From Alphaproteobacteria bacterium (GTDB lineage Bacteria; Pseudomonadota; Alphaproteobacteria; UBA2136; UBA6156): a DNA stretch of 64,000 nucleotides. Position numbers and translations under genes: made by a program. The DNA lies in the NCBI GenBank assembly GCA_027485835.1, contig JAIXQG010000001.1:2948-66947 (forward strand), read 5' to 3'. This document shows positions 42,403 to 51,293 of this stretch, piece by piece. The stretch's first letter is position 1, and each line of letters begins with the position of its first letter. The notes under the pieces are model-generated. The model ran no database searches. It was not told the origin of the DNA and was given only the letters and a program-made list of their open reading frames with translations.

Positions 42403-42924
42403 ATGAATAAAATCGTAAATAACTTAGAAGTTCAGCGCGCGGAGCCTGTTTCAAATAGGCAGAAGCCATTCAAGCTCATTCAGGCTGCGGGAATGGAGGA
42501 GGAGCGAGCGACTCGTTCCAAATCCAAGCCCAAGCCCAAGCCGAGGTTCAAGACTCACACAGCCGTTGATGGTTATGTGGGGGATCGCATCAAGTTGCGC
42601 CGCGTTTTGCTGGCCATGAGCCAGCAAAGGCTCGGCGAACTGCTTGGTATTTCTGGACAGCTTGTTCAGAAATACGAGAAGGGCACCGACCGTATTGGTG
42701 CTGGCCGCCTTTACATGGTGGCAAAGGCGCTTGGGGTTACCGTTGGTTACTTTTATGAAGGGGCTGACGACGATGCCGAATGCCTAGATGCCCAGCACCT
42801 AGCTATTCTGGATACCCCCGAAGGAGTGGCTATGGCGAAGGCTTTCCCCCGGATTGCCGACCAGACGGTGCGGCAGAACCTTGTCACTTTGGCGAAGTCT
42901 CTGGCGGTGCCGGACAACGACTAA
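42403..42924 (+). CDS. XRE-family helix-turn-helix transcriptional regulator
   Basis: HTH_3-type LRRVLLAMSQQRLGELLGISGQLVQKYEKGTDRIGAGRLYMVAKALGV, preceded by a roughly 55-aa basic N-terminal extension. Confidence 0.85.
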   Translation: MNKIVNNLEVQRAEPVSNRQKPFKLIQAAGMEEERATRSKSKPKPKPRFKTHTAVDGYVGDRIKLRRVLLAMSQQRLGELLGISGQLVQKYEKGTDRIGAGRLYMVAKALGVTVGYFYEGADDDAECLDAQHLAILDTPEGVAMAKAFPRIADQTVRQNLVTLAKSLAVPDND

Positions 42925-42985
42925 GCCTTATCGTTTAGCGAAAGCCGCAGGAGTTATCCTGCGGCTTTTGGCTTTTTAGAAGGAT

Positions 42986-43013
42986 AAAAAAACGCCAGCC
43001 CCGAGGGACTGGC
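42986..43013 (-). terminator. Rho-independent terminator of small ORF B
   Basis: Minus strand reads GCCAGTCCC-TCG-GGGCTGGC followed by GTTTTTTT. Confidence 0.7.
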
Positions 43014-43072
43014 GGGCCGGATGGCCTTGTTACGATAAAATATTTCTGCCCTTGATTCTCGAACGCTCGAGA

Positions 43073-43219
43073 TCAGGCGCCCAGGTCGGCCGACGAAGCT
43101 GCGAATGCTGCTGCGGGGTTGTCCGGGCGATGGCGGTGACCGACGGCGACGTTGTTCGAATGGCCGGCGCGCTTTGCGGATGCTGCTGCGCCGGGAGAGA
43201 AATTGCAATGCGTATGCAT
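43073..43219 (-). CDS. small His/Cys-containing protein B (48 aa), paralog of 42007-42159
   Basis: Hand translation: MHTHCNFSPGAAASAKRAGHSNNVAVGHRHRPDNPAAAFAASSADLGA. Has SD AAAGGGA and an own promoter-like sequence and terminator. It is too short for the supplied ORF track. Confidence 0.4.
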   Translation of the reverse strand: MHTHCNFSPGAAASAKRAGHSNNVAVGHRHRPDNPAAAFAASSADLGA

Positions 43220-43335
43220 GACTGTTCCCTTTCGTTTTTGCCGTTTTGGAAAATTTGCCGAGAGACTCGGGAGGAAAAGGACAGCCGGACATCGGCTGAT
43301 TTTTTGAATCCTCCGGTGCCAGTGGCAACTTTGGT

Positions 43336-43364
43336 ATGATGCGAAGTAGGCGATTGGTTGGCAA
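43336..43364 (-). promoter_or_regulatory. putative promoter of small ORF B
   Basis: Minus strand reads TTGCCA (43364-43359), 17 nt, CATCAT (43341-43336), about 110 nt upstream of the ATG. Confidence 0.3.
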
Positions 43365-43417
43365 GGGATTTTTGAGATGTGGGTGCTAATTTTTTTAGGC
43401 GGGTTGAGAGTAGTATA

Positions 43418-43447
43418 GCAAAAGCCCGCCGTGGGGCGGGCTTTTGG
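43418..43447. terminator. terminator hairpin downstream of glyQS
   Basis: AAAGCCCGCC-GTGG-GGCGGGCTTT. Confidence 0.65.
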
Positions 43448-43460
43448 GGTTGCGCGGATA

Positions 43461-44840
43461 CTACAGGGTGTAGAACTTGCGCAGGTAGGCGGAAAGGTCG
43501 GCGATTTGGATGCGTTGCTGCTCCATGGTGTCGCGGTTGCGGACGGTGACGGCGTTGTCTTCGAGAGAGTCGAAGTCCACCGTGACGCATAGCGGGGTGC
43601 CGATTTCGTCGTGCTTGCGGTAGGCCTTACCGACGTTACCGGTGTCTTCGAAGATGATCCGGCCCAAGCCCAGCTTTTGGAGGTCGGCCTTGATGCCCTT
43701 GGCCAAATTGACCAGCTCCGGCTTGTTTTTGGCCAGCGGAATGACCGCGGCTTTGATGGGGGCCAGATGCGGTTTGAACTTGAGGACGAGGCGGGTTTCG
43801 GCGTCTTTGCCCTCTTTGGCGGGTAGGGTTTCTTCGGTGTAGGCCTCGTTGAGGATGGCCAAGAAGGCGCGTTCGAGACCGGCGGAGGGTTCGATCACGT
43901 AGGGGACGACCCACTTTTTCGCTTCGAGGTCTTGTACCGCTAACCGCGCGTTGGATTTGGTGTTTTCGTGGACGTGGGCGGTGAGGTTCAGCTCGCTCTG
44001 GTTTTTAGTGTGGTTACCGAGGTCGTAGTCCGTGCGGTTGGCGATGCCTTCCACTTCGTCGTGGCCGTGGGGGTATTCATATTCGAGGTCGAAGGTGCGC
44101 TTGCTATAGTGGGCGAGGTCGTCTTTGGCGACGTCCACGACTTTGATTTTCTCGCGCGGGACACCGACGGACTCCCACCACTTGAGGCGGGTTTCCAGCC
44201 AGTATTCGTGCCACTTTTCGTCTTCGCCGGGTTGGACGAAGAATTCGAGTTCCATTTGCTCGAACTCCCGTACGCGGAAGACGAAGTTGCGCGCGATGAT
44301 CTCATTCCGGAAGGCCTTACCGATTTGTGCGATACCGAAGGGTAGCTTGCGCGAGGTGGTATCCAGCACGTTTTTGAAGTTCATGAAGATGTGCTGAGCG
44401 GTTTCGGGCCGGAGGTAGGCGACGGAGCCGCTGTCTTCGGTCGGGCCGTATTGCGTTTTGAACATCATGTTGAACGCGCGCGGTTCCATCAGGTTTTTGC
44501 TGCCGCAGGTTTCGCACTTGGTGGGGTCGGCCATCTTATCCGTCCGCATGCGCGATTTGCACTCGCGGCATTCGGTGAGGGGGTCATTGAAGGTGGCGGC
44601 GTGGCCGGATTGCTCGAACGTGATGGACGGGCCGATGATGGCAGAGTCGATGCCTTCGACGTCGTCGCGCTCGTAGACCATATTGCTCCACCAACTGCGC
44701 TTGATGTTGTTCTTCAGCTCAACGCCCAGTGGGCCGAAGTCGTACAGGCCTTTCATGCCGCCATAAATATCGGCGGATTGGAAAATGAAGCCGCGGCGCT
44801 GGCACAGGCTTACGAGTTCGGACATATCTTTTGCGGGCAT
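43461..44840 (-). CDS. glyQS: glycine--tRNA ligase, single-chain (alpha2, GlyQS-type)
   Basis: [22 protein letters not shown], the class II motifs and a C-terminal anticodon-binding domain. The ATG at 44840 has an AAGGAAAG SD; the track ORF extends to 44900. Confidence 0.93.
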   Translation of the reverse strand: MPAKDMSELVSLCQRRGFIFQSADIYGGMKGLYDFGPLGVELKNNIKRSWWSNMVYERDDVEGIDSAIIGPSITFEQSGHAATFNDPLTECRECKSRMRTDKMADPTKCETCGSKNLMEPRAFNMMFKTQYGPTEDSGSVAYLRPETAQHIFMNFKNVLDTTSRKLPFGIAQIGKAFRNEIIARNFVFRVREFEQMELEFFVQPGEDEKWHEYWLETRLKWWESVGVPREKIKVVDVAKDDLAHYSKRTFDLEYEYPHGHDEVEGIANRTDYDLGNHTKNQSELNLTAHVHENTKSNARLAVQDLEAKKWVVPYVIEPSAGLERAFLAILNEAYTEETLPAKEGKDAETRLVLKFKPHLAPIKAAVIPLAKNKPELVNLAKGIKADLQKLGLGRIIFEDTGNVGKAYRKHDEIGTPLCVTVDFDSLEDNAVTVRNRDTMEQQRIQIADLSAYLRKFYTL

Positions 44841-45073
44841 GAAAATAGCTTTCCTTAACAGGTGGTTTCTTAATGGATTTAGTAGAGAATGGGAATACAC
44901 AAAGACGGGCTAGCGCCCGCCACCAAGGCCGCCAGTGATAAAGATGTGGGCGATGTGTTGATTCATAAGCCAATTGTGCGGGAGAGGGGCAATGTATGTC
45001 AAGGCCGCTTTTTTGGGCGTTAAGCCGATGTTTGGGCTGGTGCTGTGCGTTGCCCTTGGGTTAAAGTGCCGCC

Positions 45074-46345
45074 ATGTTGCAAGAAGATAAACACATTTTA
45101 TGGCGTGCTAGCGCTGTTCTTATCGGGCTTTCGCTGCCGGCCATGTTGCTGGGCAAGGGCCTGATGTTCGGGCTGCTAGTGCTGGGTATTATTACGGGCC
45201 TGATGGCGACCAAGGACGAAAGCCTTCGTGCGACGGTGAAGCTGCTGCTGAACAGTCGTACAACACTGGCGATTGTCGGTTTATTGGCTGCGCTGATGCC
45301 TGGTGTGGCGTTGGGGCCCAACCCCCTGTATGCCCTTGAGCAGTGGGGGCAGGTGATTTTGTTCTGCCTTGGTGCGGCGAGCCTGTTTATTACGTTGCGT
45401 GAGATGCCCGGGCGTCACCTTGAGCTTCTCTTAAAAGTATTGGCCATTGCCACCATGGCGGCGTGCGGCCTTGCGCTGCTGGATGCGCTGGCGCATGACC
45501 CGCGCCTGAGCGGTGCGCTGCATGGTGCCGACAAGGCGCTGACGCCGTATCGGCTTAACTTCTTCAGTGGAGCGCTGGCGGTGATACTGCCATTCGTGTG
45601 GGCCCGTTTGACAGTGAAGAGCCGCGAGGGTGAGCCATTTGCTGTGCGGATTGCCCCGATTGCGGCTGCTTTTGGCTTTGTGGTTGCGATTGCCTGCGGC
45701 GGGCGTTCCGGCTGGATTGGTTTGTTTGCCGGTACCTTTATTTTCTTGCTGATGGCGAGCCGTTACCACGGTTTGGTGATTCATAAGAAGCACTGGCTGG
45801 CGGGGATTGGTGTGGTGCTGGTTGGGTTGGGTATGTATATTCTGGCGGCTGGTTGGGAATTTGTGGCGGCACGGATTTCGATTATCGGTGAGCTGGAAAC
45901 CTCTCAGCGCGGTATGTTGAGTGGCCGTGGCGAAGTGTGGGGTATGGCGTGGAATGCCTTTTTACAAAACCCCTTGTTTGGCGCGGGCGTTATGAACTAC
46001 CGCAACATGCCCGGCGTGATTGACCTGCACCCGCACAACTGGCTGCTGCAGATTTTGGTAGAAGGCGGTTTGTTGGGCACGGCCGCTTACCTGACGTTGA
46101 TCGGTTTGGTGTTGGTACGCTTTTACGGCTATGCCAAGGGCAACCTGTATGGTGTTGCCGCGCTTGCAAGCTTGGTGGCGTACGTGATTACGGGACTTGC
46201 CAATACCAGTATGTTTAATGGCTGGTGGCTGACCTTCTTGATTGTTTCCACCATGCTCGGCTGGCGTGCCGGCTGGGGTGGCAGCGAGTTGAAAAAGCGC
46301 CGCCGTGCCTCGGTTGTTGTAAAACCTGCCGCACACGGACGCTAA
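45074..46345 (+). CDS. O-antigen ligase / Wzy_C family membrane protein
   Basis: About 10 TM helices and a periplasmic loop reading ...VIDLHPHNWLLQILVEGGLLG. Confidence 0.85.
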   Translation: MLQEDKHILWRASAVLIGLSLPAMLLGKGLMFGLLVLGIITGLMATKDESLRATVKLLLNSRTTLAIVGLLAALMPGVALGPNPLYALEQWGQVILFCLGAASLFITLREMPGRHLELLLKVLAIATMAACGLALLDALAHDPRLSGALHGADKALTPYRLNFFSGALAVILPFVWARLTVKSREGEPFAVRIAPIAAAFGFVVAIACGGRSGWIGLFAGTFIFLLMASRYHGLVIHKKHWLAGIGVVLVGLGMYILAAGWEFVAARISIIGELETSQRGMLSGRGEVWGMAWNAFLQNPLFGAGVMNYRNMPGVIDLHPHNWLLQILVEGGLLGTAAYLTLIGLVLVRFYGYAKGNLYGVAALASLVAYVITGLANTSMFNGWWLTFLIVSTMLGWRAGWGGSELKKRRRASVVVKPAAHGR

Positions 46346-46346
46346 G

Positions 46347-47399
46347 ATGCTGAAGGTGATGCAGATGATCGGCGCCGCCAAACCTGGCGGCGCCGAGATG
46401 TTTGCGTATCGGTTTTTCGTGGCTTTGAGTAAGCACCCGAAGGTGGATGTGTTGGTTGTTGTGCGGGAAAAAAGCTGGATGGAAGGCGTTTTGCGCGACG
46501 CGGGAGTGCCGCATAAAACGGTGCCGTATGGCGGCTTTTTTGACTGGAGCACCAAAGGTAAGGTTCGGCGGATTGCGCAGGACTTTCAGCCCGATGTGGT
46601 GATGAGCTGGATGAACCGCGCGACGCGTTTTGTGCCGAAAGGCCCTTGGGCGACGGTGGGCCGGTTGGGTGGCTTTTATGATCTGAAATATTACAAAGGC
46701 AAGGTGAAGCACCTTGTGTGTAATACCGAAGAGCTGTGCGAGCATTGCCGTAAGGGCGGATGGCCAGCTGAGGCTTTGGCGATGATTTCGAATTTTATTC
46801 CGGCACCTGCTGAAGGCTGGCGGAATGCCCGTGCCGCCAAACGACGCGAGCTTGGTTTTGCGGAGGACGATGTGGTGGCTATTATGTCCGGCCGCTTGCA
46901 TAAGGTGAAGGGGATTGACCTTGCCATGAAGGCGGTGGCGGGGTTGCCGGAGAACTTCAAGCTGTTGCTGGTGGGTGAGGGACCGCTGCATGCGGAATTA
47001 ACCGAGCTTGCGGCTAGTTTGCGGATTAGCGACCGTGTGGTTTTTGCAGGTTGGCAGGACAATGTAAGCCCGTTTGCTGCGGCCTCTGACCTTTGGTTGG
47101 CGCCGAGCCGCCATGAGCCTTTGGGCAACACGTGTTTGGATGGGTGGATTCATGAAATTCCCGTTATTGTGGCGGATACCGGTGGCCTTGCCATGTTGGT
47201 GGAAGAGGGAGCGACCGGCTTGAAAGTGCCGGTTGAGGATGCGGATGCGTTGCGGGAAGCCATGCTGAGGCTTGCGCAGGATAAAAGTTTGCAGACGAAT
47301 GTGATGAATGGCGCTTTGGCCAAGTTCCAACGCCTTTACAGTGAAGATGTGATTGTGGGGCAGTATCTGGCCTACTATACTAAGCTTGCGAAACGATAG
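46347..47399 (+). CDS. glycosyltransferase family 4 (GT-B)
   Basis: C-terminal EPLGNTCLDGW..PVIVADTGG..LV motif (E-x7-E region). Confidence 0.9.
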   Translation: MLKVMQMIGAAKPGGAEMFAYRFFVALSKHPKVDVLVVVREKSWMEGVLRDAGVPHKTVPYGGFFDWSTKGKVRRIAQDFQPDVVMSWMNRATRFVPKGPWATVGRLGGFYDLKYYKGKVKHLVCNTEELCEHCRKGGWPAEALAMISNFIPAPAEGWRNARAAKRRELGFAEDDVVAIMSGRLHKVKGIDLAMKAVAGLPENFKLLLVGEGPLHAELTELAASLRISDRVVFAGWQDNVSPFAAASDLWLAPSRHEPLGNTCLDGWIHEIPVIVADTGGLAMLVEEGATGLKVPVEDADALREAMLRLAQDKSLQTNVMNGALAKFQRLYSEDVIVGQYLAYYTKLAKR

Positions 47400-47405
47400 G
47401 GTAAG

Positions 47406-47633
47406 ATGATGAGCGAGAAAACGCAGACGTTTGAACAGCATATGGCCGATCTGGAAAAGCTGGTGACCCGTATGGAGCAGGGTGATGTGCCGCTGGACGA
47501 AGCCCTTAAGGCCTTTGAGCAAGGCATGAAGCTGGTGGCCGTGTGCAAGGAGCAATTGGCCCAAGCCGAGATGAAGGTGGAAAAGGTTATGAATGCGCAG
47601 GGCGACACGGTGCCCTTTAACGTAGGGGAATAA
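47406..47633 (+). CDS. xseB: exodeoxyribonuclease VII small subunit
   Basis: FEQHMADLEKLVTRMEQGDVPLDEALKAFEQGMKL. Confidence 0.95.
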   Translation: MMSEKTQTFEQHMADLEKLVTRMEQGDVPLDEALKAFEQGMKLVAVCKEQLAQAEMKVEKVMNAQGDTVPFNVGE

Positions 47634-47635
47634 CC

Positions 47636-48580
47636 ATGAATCGCCATTTAATGCTGAATGAAACGGAGCAGTCGTTTTTTCAAAACGAGCTGAAGGCGAT
47701 TTCCGGCAAGGTTGAACAATGCCTTGATAGCTGGTTGCCCACGCTACAGAGCCAGCATGGCGACCGTGTGCTGGAGTGTATGCGTTACAGTACATTTGCC
47801 GGTGGCAAGCGGTTGCGTCCGGCGCTGGTGCTGGCGGCCTCCCGTTTAGGGCGTTATGAGGGTGAGGGCGCTTATTGGGTGGGGAGTGCGATGGAGATGA
47901 TCCATACTTACAGCCTGATGCAGGATGACCTGCCGAGTTTGGACAATGACGACTTACGCCGTGGCCGCCCCACCGCGCATAAGCAGTATGATGAAGCCAC
48001 CGCCATTTTGGCCAGCGATGGTTTGCAGACCGGTGCGTATGAGCTGTTGACGTGTGAGAGAGTACATAAAGATCCTTTGGTAAGACTTGAAATTATAAGG
48101 TTATTTGCGCGGAGCAGCGGTGCCATTGGCATGGTGCTGGGGCAGATGGTCGACATGCAATGGGAGTGGGATAAGCCCACGAATTTGCGTGTGGATGACC
48201 TTGCGCGCATGAACTATTTGAAGACCGGTATGAACATTACCGCGTGCTGCGAAGCAGGTGTTGTATTGGCCGCCGCCGCGCATGAGCCCAACCACGACCT
48301 GCGCTTGCGTATGGTGCGCTTTGGCGATGCGATTGGCCGCGCCTTCCAAGTTTATGATGACGTGTTGGATGTGGTAGGTACTGCCGAAGTACTAGGGAAA
48401 ACGCCGGGTAAGGACGCCAAGGCGGGGAAGACCACGTTTGTGAGCTTGCTTGGTTTGGAAGGCGCCCAAAAACGTGCGGTGGAAGAATGTGAGCGCGCGC
48501 TGGCGGAAATTCAGGACTTTGGGCCGGAAGCCGAACTGTTGCGCCTGATTGCCCGCTATTGTGTGACGCGCGATAAATAA
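47636..48580 (+). CDS. ispA: farnesyl/geranyl diphosphate synthase (polyprenyl synthetase)
   Basis: FARM motif LMQDDLPSLDNDDLRRG and SARM motif FQVYDDVLD. Lies in an xseB-ispA arrangement. Confidence 0.95.
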   Translation: MNRHLMLNETEQSFFQNELKAISGKVEQCLDSWLPTLQSQHGDRVLECMRYSTFAGGKRLRPALVLAASRLGRYEGEGAYWVGSAMEMIHTYSLMQDDLPSLDNDDLRRGRPTAHKQYDEATAILASDGLQTGAYELLTCERVHKDPLVRLEIIRLFARSSGAIGMVLGQMVDMQWEWDKPTNLRVDDLARMNYLKTGMNITACCEAGVVLAAAAHEPNHDLRLRMVRFGDAIGRAFQVYDDVLDVVGTAEVLGKTPGKDAKAGKTTFVSLLGLEGAQKRAVEECERALAEIQDFGPEAELLRLIARYCVTRDK

Positions 48581-48638
48581 GAATTCAGAACTCCCGTAGA
48601 AATATGGGCATGAATCATAAGAAAAAGGTGGCTGGGTT

Positions 48639-49676
48639 ATGATGGCATTACGGCGCGACGGCGAAATGGATGTGCAGGATATTCAGGATATTGCCAAGGC
48701 ACGGGTGCTGATTCTCTCGGACGGCCGAACAGGTGCGCAAAACCGTAGTTTGGGTGTGGCGGAGATGCTGGGGATTAAAGACCCTGAGGTTGTGACGCTG
48801 ACGCCCAAATACTCCAGTAAACTTTTGCGCTTGTTGCCGGTGAGCTGGCTGTATGAGGATTATGACCGTTTAGTGCGTGACGTGCGCGATTATGATGTTG
48901 TTATTACCGCCGGTTACCAGATTAGTCGCGTGCTGAGTGCGCTGAAAAAGAATGATCCGCGTTTGTTTGCGGTGGTGCTGATGCGCCCTGCTGGTAGCGC
49001 CAAACATTTTGATGTTGTGGCGGTGGAGCAGCATGACCGCTACCCCGCGGCGAACAATGTGGTGGTCACGCTGGGGGCGCCGAACCGCATTACACGCGAG
49101 AAGTTGGCCCTTGAAGCCGACCGTTGGCGCAAGCGGCTGAGCCATGTGCGCGGGACGAAGATTGCGGTGTTGGTGGGGGGGACTAGCAAGCGGTCTCGGT
49201 TTGGTGTGGAAGATGCGCGTGCGTTGGTGAGGGAATTGAGTAGCGTGCTTAAAGAGAGTGGTGCAGGGATATTGCTGACCACAAGCCGCCGCACGGGTAA
49301 GGATGTTACCGAAGCGCTGGAAAGTACCCTCAAGACCAGTGGGATAGAGCACTTCATGTGGTCTCCCGAAGAAGGGGGGCGGGATAACCCGTATTTAGCC
49401 TATTTGGCTTTGGCCGATGCCGTTGTTGTGACCGCCGACAGCGTGAGCATGGTGAGTGAGGCCGCCAGTGCCGGTAAACCGGTCTATTTGTGGGGCGATG
49501 AGAAGGCTTTGCCGCGTAAGTTGAAGGATTATTATACCTCGATGATCAAGCAGGGCCGTGTGCGTTGGTGGCATGGCAAGTTTACGCTGCGTCCGCCTGC
49601 GGCCGGGTTGATGGATACGATGATGGTGGCGGGGTTTGTTAGATCCAAATGGATGAAACGAAATCGAGCTTCGTAG
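48639..49676 (+). CDS. ELM1/GtrOC1-like (mitochondrial-fission ELM1 family) putative glycosyltransferase
   Basis: N-terminal VLILSDGRTGAQNRSLGVAEMLG and overall length fit the family as I recall it. Confidence 0.75.
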   Translation: MMALRRDGEMDVQDIQDIAKARVLILSDGRTGAQNRSLGVAEMLGIKDPEVVTLTPKYSSKLLRLLPVSWLYEDYDRLVRDVRDYDVVITAGYQISRVLSALKKNDPRLFAVVLMRPAGSAKHFDVVAVEQHDRYPAANNVVVTLGAPNRITREKLALEADRWRKRLSHVRGTKIAVLVGGTSKRSRFGVEDARALVRELSSVLKESGAGILLTTSRRTGKDVTEALESTLKTSGIEHFMWSPEEGGRDNPYLAYLALADAVVVTADSVSMVSEAASAGKPVYLWGDEKALPRKLKDYYTSMIKQGRVRWWHGKFTLRPPAAGLMDTMMVAGFVRSKWMKRNRAS

Positions 49677-49684
49677 AGAGGTAC

Positions 49685-49786
49685 GGGCTAAAACGGCGCC
49701 ACAGTACTTTATCGATTGGCTTATGTACCTTCCGTTTTTGTACACCGCGCCACTCGAAAAAGCACTGTGCCACCGTTTGTAGCTCC
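49685..49786 (+). repeat. Nested-hairpin intergenic repeat, copy 4 (diverged inner arms)
   Basis: GGGCTAAAACGGCGCCACAGTACTTTATCGATTGGCTTATGTACC...CCACTCGAAAAAGCACTGTGCCACCGTTTGTAGCTCC. It begins 9 nt after the stop at 49676. Confidence 0.8.
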
Positions 49787-49883
49787 GTAAGCAGGGCAAC
49801 GGCACTACGTGCCGGTTTATTGTTTTTGTGGCGTATTTTGGTATAAAGCTTGCATAGTAAAGGCATAACGAAAGGTGGCAGTT

Positions 49884-50399
49884 ATGTTGCAAGGTTTGGC
49901 GGTTGGTTTGCTGGGTGGTGCGCTTGGTACGGCCCTAGATACGGTTTTTAAAGATAAGAAAGACGCGGCTGCCACGGATGGCTTTGCCATTGCCACTTTG
50001 GATACGGCAAAGACCCAAGACACTGAGACCACTTATGCAGATAATAATATGGATGCGGGTGCCAAGGATGCGCTGGAAGCCCTGCGTGAGATGACGGCCG
50101 GTGGCATTGAAGGCTACTGGAAGTGGATGATGAAGGAATTGCGGGAAGATGTGATGGAGGAAATGGGTGTGAGCGAAGAAGAGCTTGCGGCCATGCCGGT
50201 AGAACAGCGCGGTGCCGTGGAAAAGGCGATTAACGATGAGGTTGAGAAGCGCATTAAAGAAGCCATGGGCGTTAAGGATGGCGAAGAGGGTGTGGTAAAC
50301 GCCGAGCAGATGATTGAAAAGATGAAGCAAGCGATACAGGCTGAGCAGGCGAAGGGTGCCTATAAGAACGAGGAAAAAGGCCTTCTGGATATACTTTAA
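49884..50399 (+). CDS. hypothetical protein (N-terminal hydrophobic helix, acidic helical body)
   Basis: The ATG at 49884 follows AAAGGTGG. No motif recognised. Confidence 0.5.
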   Translation: MLQGLAVGLLGGALGTALDTVFKDKKDAAATDGFAIATLDTAKTQDTETTYADNNMDAGAKDALEALREMTAGGIEGYWKWMMKELREDVMEEMGVSEEELAAMPVEQRGAVEKAINDEVEKRIKEAMGVKDGEEGVVNAEQMIEKMKQAIQAEQAKGAYKNEEKGLLDIL

Positions 50400-50408
50400 T
50401 TCCAAATT

Positions 50409-50435
50409 AAAAAAGGCGCTGGGTTGCGCCTTTTT
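50409..50435. terminator. bidirectional terminator
   Basis: A5-GGCGC-TGGGTT-GCGCC-T5. Confidence 0.7.
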
Positions 50436-50446
50436 AGTGGGATGGT

Positions 50447-51241
50447 CTACATTCCGGCGGGGGTGGGGCCGAGGATGTGCGCGCCGGTGTCGACGTTCAG
50501 GACTTCTCCGGTGGTGCCGCTGCCCAAGCTGGAGAGCAGGTAGAGGGCGGCGCCCGCGACGTCTTCCTTAGATGTTAAGCGGCGCATGGGTGCGGTGGCT
50601 TCGTGGTGCTTCAGCATGTTACCGAAGTCGGAAATGCCGCGCGCGGCCATGGTGTTGATGGGGCCTGCGGAGATGGCGTTAACGCGAATACCTTGCGGGC
50701 CGAACTCGGCCGCGAGGTAGCGCACGGCGGATTCCAGAGCCGCTTTGGCGACGCCCATTACGTTGTAGTTGGGGACGACCTTGATGCTGCCTTCGTAGGT
50801 GAGCGTGAGCACCGAGGCGTTGGCGGTGAGGCGCGGCTTGAGGTACTTCATCACGGCGATGAGCGAGTAGCAGGAGACATCCAGCGCGAGGTTGAAGCCT
50901 TCTCGGGAGGTTTGCGAGATTCCGCCTTTGAGTTCCTCTTTATTGGCGAAGGCGATGGCGTGGACGACGAAGTCGAGCTGGTGGCCGTCGGCCTCTAATA
51001 CGTGGTTGAGGGTGATAAGTTGGCTATCGGCTTGGACATCGCACGGGTAGACCGGAATGCCGCCGAGTTTTTCGGCGAGGGCGCGGACGCGTTTTTCCAC
51101 TGCCGCATTCGGGTAGGTGAAGATGAGCTTGGCGCCGGCAGCTTGCGCGGCTTCGGCGATGCCCCAGGCGATGGACCAATCGTTGGCCACACCCATGATG
51201 AGGCCGGTTTTACCTTTAAGGAGTTGTGCAGTTTCGTTCAT
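50447..51241 (-). CDS. fabI: enoyl-[acyl-carrier-protein] reductase (NADH)
   Basis: LKGKTGLIMGVANDWSIAWGIA, catalytic Y..M....K spacing (YNVMGVAKAALE) and 264 aa from the ATG at 51241. Confidence 0.97.
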   Translation of the reverse strand: MNETAQLLKGKTGLIMGVANDWSIAWGIAEAAQAAGAKLIFTYPNAAVEKRVRALAEKLGGIPVYPCDVQADSQLITLNHVLEADGHQLDFVVHAIAFANKEELKGGISQTSREGFNLALDVSCYSLIAVMKYLKPRLTANASVLTLTYEGSIKVVPNYNVMGVAKAALESAVRYLAAEFGPQGIRVNAISAGPINTMAARGISDFGNMLKHHEATAPMRRLTSKEDVAGAALYLLSSLGSGTTGEVLNVDTGAHILGPTPAGM

Positions 51242-51293
51242 GCGGGCACTATAGCCCCAGATTTCTAAAAAGAAAACCAAAGGAAGCCCCGTT

